From Agarivorans sp. Alg241-V36 (GTDB lineage: Bacteria > Pseudomonadota > Gammaproteobacteria > Enterobacterales > Celerinatantimonadaceae): a stretch of 24,000 bases of DNA. The position numbers were made by a program, and so were the translations under genes. Under the pieces are notes generated by a model. The model was not told the DNA's origin, made no database searches, and worked only from the letters and a program-made list of their open reading frames with translations. Location of the stretch: positions 5,168 to 29,167 of the forward strand of contig NZ_UNRE01000008.1 in NCBI RefSeq assembly GCF_900537085.1. The letters run 5' to 3'. Below, one piece after another: positions 1 through 8,139 of the stretch (within the stretch, counting starts at the first letter, position 1; the number at the start of each line of letters is the position of its first letter).

Positions 1-378
1 GCGCCATTACGTAAAAACGCAGTGGCATCGGGTGAGCGAATTGTTATTGTTGATCAAGCGGAAGGAAAGCCTTCGTTTACTCGCTATCGTATTGAGCGCA
101 GGTTTGCCGATATGACGCTCATGAAAGCAAGCCCGGTGACTGGCAGAACGCATCAAATACGCGTGCACAGCTTATATGAAGGGCATAGCATTGCCGGAGA
201 CGATAAGTATACCGATAAGGCTTTGCTGGCCGCGACAGAGGCAAAAGGATTGAATCGTTTGTTTTTGCACGCCTGGCAAATACGCTTTGAGCACCCGGCA
301 ACCCAAAAAGAAATGCATTTAACCGCGCCTTTAGAGCCAAGTTTAAAACGCTTTTGTGATCAGCTTGATCCTTTGTAG
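1..378 (+). CDS. rluC: 23S rRNA pseudouridine synthase RluC, C-terminal part (5' end lies outside the window)
   Basis: Frame 1 is open from base 1 to TAG 376-378. The translation carries RluA-family motifs (SPVTGRTHQIRVH, LNRLFLHA) and aligns with the E. coli RluC C-terminus as I recall it. Its position next to maf/yceF-yceD-rpmF matches the E. coli locus. Confidence 0.85.
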   Translation, partial: APLRKNAVASGERIVIVDQAEGKPSFTRYRIERRFADMTLMKASPVTGRTHQIRVHSLYEGHSIAGDDKYTDKALLAATEAKGLNRLFLHAWQIRFEHPATQKEMHLTAPLEPSLKRFCDQLDPL

Positions 379-386
379 TGGGTTTT

Positions 387-417
387 AAAGAAAAAGGAGC
401 TTAGCTCCTTTTTCTTT
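387..417. terminator. Bidirectional intrinsic terminator between convergent rluC and maf
   Basis: Perfect palindrome AAAGAAAAAGGAGC-TTA-GCTCCTTTTTCTTT with 14-bp arms. The arms are A-rich and T-rich, so either strand gives a hairpin plus U-tract. It sits exactly between the rluC stop (378) and the maf stop (421). Confidence 0.8.
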
Positions 418-420
418 TCA

Positions 421-1005
421 CTAAGCTAGTAATCTAAAACCTTGGCTTTCTAATAAACTACAAAGCTTAATTAAAGGAAGGCCAATTAAGGTATTTGGGT
501 CGTCACCCCTTAAATGCTTGAATAACACTATTCCAGCTCCTTCACTTTTAAAGCTTCCGGCACAGTTATAGGGTTGCTCTACGTTTAAGTAATGCTCTAT
601 GAGGTTGTCGGAGAGTTCTCTAAAGCCTACTTCAAAGGTATCCACTAGGCTTTGCATTTGCTGAGTATCACTATTGTAAAGTGCTAAGCCGGTATAAAAG
701 GTGATCGCTTGACCACTGGCTGCTTTTAATTGTGCAACCGCATTTTGATGATTACCCGGTTTACCTACAATTTCACCATTAATGCAGCAAACTTGATCAG
801 AGCCTATAATCAGATGCTTGGGAAAGAGAGTTTGACCAGCAAGCGCTTTTTGTTCAGCTAAACGTAAAACTAATTGTTCAGGTGTTTCGCCATGCTGCGG
901 CGATTCATCAATATCAGGATTGAAGCAATCAAATGTAGGGCAAACTTTTTGTAAGAGTTGTTTTCTGTAAGCAGAGCTTGAGGCAAGAATTAGTCGATTA
1001 TCCAT
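421..1005 (-). CDS. yceF: Maf-like nucleoside triphosphate pyrophosphatase (YceF subfamily)
   Basis: 194-aa ORF. It has the Maf N-terminus LILASSSAYRKQLL and the GSDQV motif. It is divergent from yceD, as in E. coli. Confidence 0.9.
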   Translation of the reverse strand: MDNRLILASSSAYRKQLLQKVCPTFDCFNPDIDESPQHGETPEQLVLRLAEQKALAGQTLFPKHLIIGSDQVCCINGEIVGKPGNHQNAVAQLKAASGQAITFYTGLALYNSDTQQMQSLVDTFEVGFRELSDNLIEHYLNVEQPYNCAGSFKSEGAGIVLFKHLRGDDPNTLIGLPLIKLCSLLESQGFRLLA

Positions 1006-1097
1006 CGTTTTTTAACCAAAATTAACAGTCTGCTGATTTTAAACGCAATCTTTAGCGATAGCGATACTTTAAAGGCAGTAAAAAAGCACAAATTGTT

Positions 1098-1126
1098 TTG
1101 ACTATCACTGAGTGTAACTATATTAT
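1098..1126 (+). promoter_or_regulatory. Putative sigma70 promoter of yceD-rpmF(-plsX)
   Basis: TTGACT (1098-1103), a 17-nt spacer, then TATTAT (1121-1126). An alternative -10 is TATATT (1119-1124) with a 15-nt spacer. The yceD ATG is at 1136 and has no SD in between. Confidence 0.5.
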
Positions 1127-1135
1127 GCGCGCCTT

Positions 1136-1666
1136 ATGCAAAAAGTGAAATTACCAGTAGAGATTGACCCGTTTAAGACGGCTAAGCGAAAGTTAGATTA
1201 TGAGGGCTTCCTCGAGATCAAACGATTGCCTCGTTTTAGCGATGCAACCTTGAAAGTGAATAGTGATGTAGACGTCTGGTTGCGCTTTGGAACTGATCCG
1301 CAAGGATTGGTTGTCGTTCAAGGCAAAGCGTTAGCTGAGGTGGAGTTAGAGTGCCAACGTTGTAGTGAAACTTTTAGTTACGCTATTGATGTTGAGTTTA
1401 CTTACTCGCCAGTCTGCGATGAATCGCAAGTGGAAGAGTTACCAGAAGATTACGAACCACTACAATTAAATGAAGACAACTACTTTTTAGTGGCTGAATT
1501 GATTGAAGACGAGTTGTTATTAGCGTTGCCAATCATTCCTAAACATCCGATAGAGGATTGCAAGGTACAGCAAAACGAACAAGTATTTGGTGAAATTGAC
1601 GTTGTAGAGGAAGAATCTAAACCAAATCCGTTTGCAGTGTTACAAAGTTTAAAAAAGAAAGACTAG
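1136..1666 (+). CDS. yceD: YceD (DUF177) large-ribosomal-subunit accumulation protein
   Basis: 176 aa. The N-terminus MQKVKLP is identical to E. coli YceD as I recall it. It has the CQRC motif and the C-terminal KPNPFAVLQSLK. It lies directly upstream of rpmF. Confidence 0.92.
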   Translation: MQKVKLPVEIDPFKTAKRKLDYEGFLEIKRLPRFSDATLKVNSDVDVWLRFGTDPQGLVVVQGKALAEVELECQRCSETFSYAIDVEFTYSPVCDESQVEELPEDYEPLQLNEDNYFLVAELIEDELLLALPIIPKHPIEDCKVQQNEQVFGEIDVVEEESKPNPFAVLQSLKKKD

Positions 1667-1678
1667 GAGACTGGGTCA

Positions 1679-1852
1679 ATGGCTGTTCAGAAAAGTAAAG
1701 TTACACGTTCAAGACGTGGCATGCGTCGTTCACACGATGCGATCGAAAACAATGTTGCATTAACAACTGACGCTACTTCAGGTGAGCTTCACCGTCGTCA
1801 CCATGTTACTGCTGACGGTTACTACCGCGGTAACAAGGTAATCAACAAGTAA
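1679..1852 (+). CDS. rpmF: 50S ribosomal protein L32
   Basis: Not in the ORF track because it is too short. ATG 1679 to TAA 1850-1852 gives 57 aa: [22 protein letters not shown]...[22 protein letters not shown] at 1665-1669 lies 9 nt upstream of the start. Confidence 0.95.
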   Translation: MAVQKSKVTRSRRGMRRSHDAIENNVALTTDATSGELHRRHHVTADGYYRGNKVINK

Positions 1853-1863
1853 ATTTTTGCATT

Positions 1864-2889
1864 TTGCAAAAACTTACTATTGCAGTTGATGCAATGGGGG
1901 GCGATGTTGGCCCCCATGTTACAGTGCCTGCCGTTGCGCAGGCACTTAACTATTACCCTCATTTGCATGTTACCTTAATCGGCGACAAGCACTTTATTAA
2001 CTCCCTGTTAATAGAGCAGCAAATCTCTCAGCACCCTCGCTTAGAGTTTGTTCATTCCAGCCAAGTTGTTTCCGCCAACGATAAACCTATTACTGCATTG
2101 CGTTCTAGACGCCAATCTTCAATGCGCTTAGCTCTTGATTTAGTTCATCAACAACAAGCTGATGCATGCGTTAGCGCCGGTAACACAGGCGCGTTAATGG
2201 CAATGGCCAAAGTAGTTCTTAAGTTGTTACCTGGTATAGAGCGACCAGCTCTAGTGACTCATCTACCCGAAGAGAACGGCCAAGGCAGCCTGTTATTAGA
2301 TTTAGGCGCTAACTCAAGTTGTGATTCGGAAGTATTAATGCAATTTGCCGTAATGGGTGCGTCATTAGCGGAAAGTGTTTGGGGCCTACCTAAACCACGA
2401 GTCGCTTTGTTAAATATTGGTGAAGAACAAATAAAGGGTAATGACGTTGTAAAACAAACCGCGCAACTTCTTGAAAACTCAAGCGCGATTAATTACATTG
2501 GCTTTGTTGAGGGGAATCAGATATTTAGTGGTAAAGCAGACGTCATCGTTTGTGATGGTTTTGTAGGCAATGTTGCGCTAAAAACAGCCGAAGGTGTTTC
2601 CCAACTGATACTGGCTAAATTAAAGAAACAATTTGACGTAAACTGGTTCGCGAGGTTTATACTCAAGTTGTTTTTGCCGAGCTTAAAATCTCAATTAAAA
2701 CAGCTGAACCCCGACCAGTATAATGGAGCGAGTCTGTTAGGATTGCGCGGCATTGTAATTAAGAGTCATGGGCATGCCGATGAAAAGGCATTTTTGCAAG
2801 CTATTCACCAAGCCGTCGCCGAGATACAACAGCAAGTTCCAAGCCGTATTACCGACAAACTTGAATCTTTATTAATTGATAAGCATTAA
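1864..2889 (+). CDS. plsX: Phosphate acyltransferase PlsX
   Basis: 341 aa. The TTG start at 1864 gives (M)[13 protein letters not shown], which aligns with the E. coli PlsX N-terminus. Syntenic position rpmF-plsX-fabH. Confidence 0.93.
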   Translation: MQKLTIAVDAMGGDVGPHVTVPAVAQALNYYPHLHVTLIGDKHFINSLLIEQQISQHPRLEFVHSSQVVSANDKPITALRSRRQSSMRLALDLVHQQQADACVSAGNTGALMAMAKVVLKLLPGIERPALVTHLPEENGQGSLLLDLGANSSCDSEVLMQFAVMGASLAESVWGLPKPRVALLNIGEEQIKGNDVVKQTAQLLENSSAINYIGFVEGNQIFSGKADVIVCDGFVGNVALKTAEGVSQLILAKLKKQFDVNWFARFILKLFLPSLKSQLKQLNPDQYNGASLLGLRGIVIKSHGHADEKAFLQAIHQAVAEIQQQVPSRITDKLESLLIDKH

Positions 2890-2896
2890 GTCTTTT

Positions 2897-3856
2897 ATGT
2901 ACTCAAAAATATTATCTACAGGTAGTTATCTGCCAACGAATGTTAGAACTAACTCAGATCTTGAGCAAATGGTAGAAACCAGTGATCAATGGATTACTGA
3001 CCGTACCGGTATTAAAGAACGCCGAATTGCTGGTAATAATGAGTCAGTTGCTGATATGGGCGCATTCGCTGCTGAATTAGCCATTGAAAGAGCCGGTATA
3101 GATAAGAACGACATCGGGCTTATTATCCTTGCCACCACCTCGAGCGAGAATGCATTTCCTGCAGCAGCTTGTGAGGTTCAGGCAAAGCTAGAACTTCCAG
3201 GAGTACCTGCTTTTGATATTGCTGCGGCATGTGCAGGATTTACTTATGCCTTAAGTGTTGCCGACCAGTACATAAAAAGTGGTTTGGTGAAAAAGGCACT
3301 GGTTATTGGTGCCGACAAGTTGTCGCACATGTGTAATCCAGAAGACCGTTCTACCATTATTTTATTTGGTGATGGTGCTGGGGCTGTGTTACTTGGTGCA
3401 AGTGAAGAGCCTGGGCTATTGTCTACACATATTCATGCAGATGGCCGTTACGGCGATTTGCTTAAACTTCCACACCCGCAACGTGGTATGTCAGGCACCG
3501 AAATGGAGTCGTATATGACCATGAGCGGTAACGAAGTCTTCAAAGTTGCGGTAACTCGCTTAAGCGAAATTGTGACAGAAACGCTTGCTGCCAACGGCAT
3601 CGAAAAAGCCGAATTAGATTGGTTGGTGCCACACCAAGCCAATTTCAGAATTATTAAAGCTACCGCTAAAAAGCTTGCTATGCCGTTAGATAAAGTGGTG
3701 CTTACTTTAGACCGACATGGCAATACATCAGCGGCCTCTGTACCCATTGCTTTAGATGAAGCCGTAACCGACGGGCGTATTCAACGAGGCCAGCTAGTAT
3801 TACTAGAAGCATTTGGTGGTGGTTTTGCGTGGGGCAGTGCCCTAGTTAGATTTTAA
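2897..3856 (+). CDS. fabH: 3-oxoacyl-ACP synthase III (KAS III)
   Basis: The ORF track starts at 2876, but the in-frame ATG at 2897 gives [13 protein letters not shown], matching E. coli MYTKIIGTGSYLP. The active-site Cys context (AAACAGF) and the HQAN and GNTSAAS motifs are present. Confidence 0.95.
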   Translation: MYSKILSTGSYLPTNVRTNSDLEQMVETSDQWITDRTGIKERRIAGNNESVADMGAFAAELAIERAGIDKNDIGLIILATTSSENAFPAAACEVQAKLELPGVPAFDIAAACAGFTYALSVADQYIKSGLVKKALVIGADKLSHMCNPEDRSTIILFGDGAGAVLLGASEEPGLLSTHIHADGRYGDLLKLPHPQRGMSGTEMESYMTMSGNEVFKVAVTRLSEIVTETLAANGIEKAELDWLVPHQANFRIIKATAKKLAMPLDKVVLTLDRHGNTSAASVPIALDEAVTDGRIQRGQLVLLEAFGGGFAWGSALVRF

Positions 3857-3868
3857 TTATTAGGATAG

Positions 3869-4804
3869 ATGATGAGTAAATTAGCATTTGTATTTCCAGG
3901 ACAAGGCTCACAAAGCGTTGGCATGTTAGCCGAGCTTATTAGTGAGTATCCGGTAGTTGCTGATACCTTTAAACAAGCATCAGACGTGCTTGGTTATGAT
4001 TTAGCAGGATTAATCGCCAATGGCCCTGCAGAAGATTTGAACGAAACCAGTCGCACTCAACCTGCTTTGTTAACTGCTTCTGTTGCCTTGTGGCGTTTAT
4101 GGAATGAGTTAGGCGGCACCAAACCTGCCGTTTTAGCTGGCCATAGTTTAGGTGAGTACTCTGCGCTTACTTGTGCCGGTGTACTAGACTTTGCAGACGC
4201 CCTTAAGTTAGTTGAATATCGCGGTCAGTTGATGCAAAAAGCGGTTCCAGCCGGTGTTGGTGCTATGTCTGCCATTATTGGTTTAGGTAATCAGGAGATT
4301 ATCGAAGCCTGTGAGAAAGCCGCTGAGGACCAAGTAGTCACTGCGGTTAACTTCAATTCTCCTGGCCAAGTGGTTATTGCTGGACATAAAGAAGCAGTAG
4401 ACCGCGCCAATGTATTATGTAAAGAAGCTGGCGCTAAACGAGCATTACCACTGCCAGTAAGCGTGCCTTCGCACTGTGCCTTAATGCAACCTGCTGCAGA
4501 TGAATTAGCAGGATACATTGAAGGAATTTCATTCTCTGAGCCAAAATTCGATGTGATTAACAACGTCGATGTGGCAATAGAGCGAGATGCAAAAGCAATA
4601 AAGCTAGCGCTTATCAAACAACTCTACAGCCCAGTTCGCTGGACCGAAAGTGTAGAAGCAATGGCGGCCCGTGGAATTGAAACTGTATACGAGTGTGGGC
4701 CGGGTAAAGTTCTTAGTGGCTTAGTTAAGCGGATCCACAAGCCATTAGTTGCTGCAGCGATTAATGATGTAACTTCTATTAAAACTGCTTTAGATAATAA
4801 GTAA
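3869..4804 (+). CDS. fabD: Malonyl-CoA:ACP transacylase
   Basis: Contains FVFPGQGSQ and GHSLGEY motifs. AGGA at 3862-3865 is 3 nt from ATG 3869 and 6 nt from ATG 3872, so 3872 may be the true start. Confidence 0.95.
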   Translation: MMSKLAFVFPGQGSQSVGMLAELISEYPVVADTFKQASDVLGYDLAGLIANGPAEDLNETSRTQPALLTASVALWRLWNELGGTKPAVLAGHSLGEYSALTCAGVLDFADALKLVEYRGQLMQKAVPAGVGAMSAIIGLGNQEIIEACEKAAEDQVVTAVNFNSPGQVVIAGHKEAVDRANVLCKEAGAKRALPLPVSVPSHCALMQPAADELAGYIEGISFSEPKFDVINNVDVAIERDAKAIKLALIKQLYSPVRWTESVEAMAARGIETVYECGPGKVLSGLVKRIHKPLVAAAINDVTSIKTALDNK

Positions 4805-4817
4805 CGAGGAATATTCA

Positions 4818-5552
4818 ATGTCTCTACAAGGTAAAGTTGCCTTAGTAACTGGCGCAAGCCGTGGTATTGGCCGAGCAACCGCTGAAACGCTGGTAGCTCG
4901 AGGCGCAACAGTTATAGGAACTGCTACTTCAGAGAAAGGTGCCGAAGCGATTGCTGCCTACCTAGGCGAAAATGGTACTGGTTTAGCCTTAGATGTAACA
5001 TCAAGCGACTCAATTGCTCAATTATTTGCTGATATTAAAGCAAAGTATGGCGATATCGACATTTTAGTGAACAACGCTGGTATTACCCGCGACAACCTAT
5101 TAATGCGTATGAAAGATGATGAGTGGGAAGATATTATTTCTACCAACTTAACCTCTATTTTCCGTTTAAGCAAAGCGGTGTTACGTGCAATGATGAAAAA
5201 ACGCAATGGCCGTATCATTAGCATTGGTTCAGTAGTAGGTACCATGGGTAACGCTGGCCAAGCTAACTATTCAGCAGCTAAAGCCGGAGTATTAGGTTTC
5301 ACTCGCTCGTTAGCGCGTGAAGTGGCTTCTCGTGGGATCACAGTAAATGCAATTGCTCCGGGTTTTATTGAAACAGATATGACTCGAGCACTTGACGAGA
5401 ATCAACGTGGTGCTATCTTGTCGCAGGTGCCTATGGCGCGTTTAGGTGATGCTGAAGAAATCGCCAAAACGGTTGCTTTTTTAGCAAGCGACGATGCTGC
5501 CTATATTACTGGTGAAACTATTCACGTTAATGGCGGGATGTACATGGTTTAA
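4818..5552 (+). CDS. fabG: 3-oxoacyl-ACP reductase
   Basis: 244 aa, the same length as E. coli FabG. It has TGASRGIG, NNAG and YxxxK (YSAAKAG) motifs and is near-colinear with E. coli FabG. GAGGA RBS at 4806-4810. Confidence 0.95.
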   Translation: MSLQGKVALVTGASRGIGRATAETLVARGATVIGTATSEKGAEAIAAYLGENGTGLALDVTSSDSIAQLFADIKAKYGDIDILVNNAGITRDNLLMRMKDDEWEDIISTNLTSIFRLSKAVLRAMMKKRNGRIISIGSVVGTMGNAGQANYSAAKAGVLGFTRSLAREVASRGITVNAIAPGFIETDMTRALDENQRGAILSQVPMARLGDAEEIAKTVAFLASDDAAYITGETIHVNGGMYMV

Positions 5553-5621
5553 GCAGTGGCTTAAAAAATGTGCAAAAAATTGATAGATCGCAAGTTTTTT
5601 ATAAAAATAACTACGAAAAAC

Positions 5622-5645
5622 GTGGTTAGACCACTACGGTTAGAC
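5622..5645. promoter_or_regulatory. FadR/GntR-type palindrome GTGGTTAGACCAC plus a second GGTTAGAC copy (candidate operator)
   Basis: The 13-bp palindrome at 5622-5634 has the core TGGT-N3-ACCA. The direct repeat GGTTAGAC occurs at 5624-5631 and 5638-5645, and the second copy abuts the putative -35. The assignment to FadR is inference only. Confidence 0.3.
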
Positions 5646-5673
5646 TTGCAAAGTAATTCGGTTTGAATACACT
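5646..5673 (+). promoter_or_regulatory. Putative acpP promoter
   Basis: TTGCAA (5646-5651), a 16-nt spacer, then TACACT (5668-5673), about 45 nt upstream of the acpP ATG. Several A/T-tracts lie upstream at 5563-5620. E. coli is known to have a dedicated acpP promoter in the fabG-acpP gap. Confidence 0.45.
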
Positions 5674-5717
5674 ATCGCAACAACGCAGAAGCGTATTTAC
5701 TAAGGAAAAATATTGTC

Positions 5718-5954
5718 ATGAGTGCAATTGAAGAACGTGTTAAAAAAATCATCATCGAGCAACTAGGTGTAAGCGAAGACGAAGTTAAAAACGAAGCTTC
5801 ATTCGTTGACGATTTAGGCGCTGACTCTTTGGATACAGTTGAATTGGTTATGGCTTTAGAAGAAGAATTCGATACTGAAATCCCTGATGAAGAAGCTGAG
5901 AAGATCACAACTGTTCAAGCTGCAATTGATTACGTTCTAAATAATCAAGATTAA
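5718..5954 (+). CDS. acpP: Acyl carrier protein
   Basis: 78 aa, [18 protein letters not shown]...[20 protein letters not shown], which includes the phosphopantetheine-attachment DSLD motif. It is nearly identical in pattern to E. coli AcpP. Confidence 0.98.
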   Translation: MSAIEERVKKIIIEQLGVSEDEVKNEASFVDDLGADSLDTVELVMALEEEFDTEIPDEEAEKITTVQAAIDYVLNNQD

Positions 5955-5955
5955 T

Positions 5956-5986
5956 AAAAAAGTGGGCGGCATCAGTCGCCCATTTT
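5956..5986 (+). terminator. Hairpin plus U-tract after acpP (partial terminator or attenuator before fabF)
   Basis: TGGGCGGC-ATCA-GTCGCCCA (5963-5982, with one G-T wobble) followed by TTTT (5983-5986) and preceded by an A-run. fabF follows 44 nt later, so read-through is expected. Confidence 0.55.
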
Positions 5987-6029
5987 GCATCCCCCTAAGA
6001 TAAGTAAATCCCCCCTTGGAGGCATTTCA

Positions 6030-7274
6030 GTGACTAAGCGTAGAGTCGTTGTTACTGGTATTGGTGCACTATCACCAGTAGGTAATACCGCTGAATTAAC
6101 TTGGCAAGCCCTTAAAGCTGGCCAAAGTGGCATTGGCCCTATCGAACACTTTGATACAGAATCTTTCCCAACCCGTTTTGCAGGTTTGGTAAAAGACTTC
6201 AATGTTGAAGAGTTCATGAGTAAGAAAGACGCACGCAAAATGGATGCGTTTATTCAATACGGAATCGCAGCAGGCCTAATGGCGTTTGATGATGCCGGTA
6301 TTGAAGTTACCGAGGAAAATGCAGACAGCATTGGGGTATCAATTGGATCAGGCATTGGTGGCCTTGGTTTAATTGAACAGAATCATGAAAATTATTTAAA
6401 AAATGGACCTCGTAAGATCAGTCCGTTTTTTGTTCCATCAACCATTATTAATATGGTTGCAGGTCACCTTTCAATTATGAAAGGTCTAAAAGGCCCTAAC
6501 ATTGCCGTGACCACCGCTTGTACTACCGGTGCCCATGCGATTGGTCTTGCCGCGCGTATGATTGCCTATGGCGATGCTAGCGTAATGTTAGCCGGCGGTG
6601 CAGAAAAAGCCTCTACTCATCTTGGAATGGGTGGCTTTGGCGCAGCAAAAGCTTTGTCTACTCGAAATGATGACCCAACCAAAGCTAGCCGCCCTTGGGA
6701 TCAAGACCGCGACGGTTTTGTATTAGGTGATGGCGCTGGTGTGGTTGTTTTAGAAGAATACGAAGCCGCTAAAGCACGTGGTGCAAAAATTTATGCCGAA
6801 CTGGTTGGTTTTGGTATGAGTGGTGATGCTTACCACATGACATCGCCACCAGCAGACGGTGATGGCGCTGCTCGCTCTATGGCTGCTGCAATTAAAGATG
6901 CTGGCATCGATGCTTCAGAAATTGATTACATCAATGCTCACGGTACTTCAACGCCAGCCGGTGATGTAGCCGAGACTCAAGCTGTTAAGTCAGTTTTTGG
7001 CGAGCATGCAAAAGAAGTATTGGTTAGCTCTACCAAATCTATGACCGGTCACCTATTGGGTGCTGCAGGCGCGGTTGAAGCCATTGTGTCTATCTTGGCG
7101 ATTCGCGACCAAATTGCTCCTCCAACTATTAACTTGGAAAACCCAAGTGAAGGTTGTGACTTGGATTATGTTGTAGGCAAAGCGCGCGAGGCCAAAATTG
7201 AATACGCTCTGTCTAATTCTTTTGGTTTTGGCGGCACTAATGGTTCATTGGTATTCAAGAAAATTGATGCCTAA
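6030..7274 (+). CDS. fabF: 3-oxoacyl-ACP synthase II (KAS II)
   Basis: The ORF track starts at 5985, which overlaps the acpP hairpin. The in-frame GTG at 6030 is preceded by GGAGG (6018-6022, 7-nt spacer) and gives (M)TKRRVVVTG, matching E. coli [10 protein letters not shown], for 414 aa. The ACTTG active-site Cys, HGTSTP and GHLLGAAG motifs are present. Confidence 0.95.
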   Translation: MTKRRVVVTGIGALSPVGNTAELTWQALKAGQSGIGPIEHFDTESFPTRFAGLVKDFNVEEFMSKKDARKMDAFIQYGIAAGLMAFDDAGIEVTEENADSIGVSIGSGIGGLGLIEQNHENYLKNGPRKISPFFVPSTIINMVAGHLSIMKGLKGPNIAVTTACTTGAHAIGLAARMIAYGDASVMLAGGAEKASTHLGMGGFGAAKALSTRNDDPTKASRPWDQDRDGFVLGDGAGVVVLEEYEAAKARGAKIYAELVGFGMSGDAYHMTSPPADGDGAARSMAAAIKDAGIDASEIDYINAHGTSTPAGDVAETQAVKSVFGEHAKEVLVSSTKSMTGHLLGAAGAVEAIVSILAIRDQIAPPTINLENPSEGCDLDYVVGKAREAKIEYALSNSFGFGGTNGSLVFKKIDA

Positions 7275-7299
7275 TCAACTTACAGCGCTATAGCAAATG

Positions 7300-7328
7300 A
7301 AAGCCTGATGTTATCATCGGGCTTTTTT
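7300..7328 (+). terminator. Intrinsic terminator after fabF
   Basis: GCCTGATG-TTAT-CATCGGGC (7303-7322, with one G-T wobble) followed by TTTTTT (7323-7328). Confidence 0.8.
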
Positions 7329-7338
7329 ATATCTAGGA

Positions 7339-8139
7339 TTGTTGAGTTTGTCAGACGCTTCTTTGTCAAAGTTTGACCGTGGCTTAAACTATGGTGACGG
7401 TTTTTTCACTAGTATGCTGGTACAGTCTGGTGAAGTAAAACTGTGGAATTATCACCAACAACGTTTACAAGGTGCCCAGCAGCAGCTTGCTTTTCCTGAC
7501 CTCGATTTTGTTCAGATTAAACAACAAGCTGATAGGCTTGCCAGTGACAAAAGTCATGCTGTATTAAAAATAGTGGTAACTCGAGGTGAAGGCGGAAGGG
7601 GCTACGGACTACCTGAACTCGTACAACCGAATGTTTTGATGACCTTGTCTGACTTTCCAGAAAGTTATTTGAGCCTTAGAGACAAAGGGATTACTCTCGG
7701 TATTGCCAAGCAGCGTTTAGCTAGCGGTAGCGCATTTTCGTCGATAAAAACGCTTAATCGTTTAGAACAAGTGCAATTAAAAAGAGAAGCCGATCTAGCA
7801 GAACTTTCCGATTTGGTTTGTTGTGATATTTTTGATCGCGTTGTAGAGGGTGTTGCTTCTAACTTATTCTGGATTAAGGGTAAAGTTATATATACCAGTG
7901 ATCTTGATGGCGCCGGCGTGGCCGGTGTGCAGCGCCAGTTTTTGCTTGATAATGTGGCTGATTCTCCCTATCAAATGAGCGTCGGTAAATTTCAACTAGC
8001 AGATTTACAGTCTGCCGATGAAATATTTGTCAGCAACGCTGTACTGCAGTTTGCACCCGTTAATACCTTTAACCAGCGCAACTATCAGCGCTTTCCTGTT
8101 TGTCGTTGGTTCCAAAATTTGGTGACACATGCTTCGTAA
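7339..8139 (+). CDS. pabC: Aminodeoxychorismate lyase
   Basis: About 266 aa. It has the class-IV aminotransferase fold pattern (NYGDGFFT, LKIVVTRGEGGRGY, IKTLNRLEQV) and aligns with E. coli PabC. No ATG is available upstream of the conserved N-terminus. The start is one of the TTG codons at 7339, 7342 or 7348, with AGGA at 7335-7338. Confidence 0.85.
   Translation: MLSLSDASLSKFDRGLNYGDGFFTSMLVQSGEVKLWNYHQQRLQGAQQQLAFPDLDFVQIKQQADRLASDKSHAVLKIVVTRGEGGRGYGLPELVQPNVLMTLSDFPESYLSLRDKGITLGIAKQRLASGSAFSSIKTLNRLEQVQLKREADLAELSDLVCCDIFDRVVEGVASNLFWIKGKVIYTSDLDGAGVAGVQRQFLLDNVADSPYQMSVGKFQLADLQSADEIFVSNAVLQFAPVNTFNQRNYQRFPVCRWFQNLVTHAS

Noticed and set aside
2876-2896. N-terminal extensions given by the ORF track: fabH from 2876, fabF from 5985, prc from 18418, yebG from 16930 and the letA C-half from 16251.
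   Set aside because: In-frame internal starts (2897, 6030, 18424, 16942, 16224) reproduce the conserved N-termini of the E. coli homologues and have better-placed SD sequences. The fabF extension would also run through the acpP terminator hairpin.
5549-5568. Hairpin TTAAGC-AGTG-GCTTAA overlapping the fabG stop codon, considered as a possible fabG terminator.
   Set aside because: On the plus strand it is followed by an A-run rather than a U-tract, and the stem is only 6 bp and AT-rich. It is not a canonical intrinsic terminator.
5568-5666. 32-aa ORF (MCKKLIDRKFFIKITTKNVVRPLRLDLQSNSV) in the fabG-acpP spacer.
   Set aside because: It has no SD and is rich in rare codons (ATA x3, AGA, CGG, CTA). 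It spans the putative operator and promoter elements, so it is most likely non-coding promoter DNA.
5672-5908. 78-aa minus-strand ORF antisense to acpP. The same applies to the other antisense or out-of-frame ORFs in the track: 119-340, 3306-3518, 3448-3747, 4291-4617, 4624-4908, 5018-5245, 5972-6238, 8214-8396, 11988-12209, 12281-12493, 12841-13074, 14329-14529, 14856-15071, 15998-16189, 16046-16264, 19245-19511, 20589-20789, 21543-21734, 22660-22896 and 23265-23471.
   Set aside because: Each lies entirely inside, or substantially overlaps, a strongly supported housekeeping CDS on the other strand or in another frame. Their products are low-complexity (Ser/Leu/Arg-rich), and I did not look for RBSs or recognise any motif. 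They are the shadow ORFs expected at this GC content.
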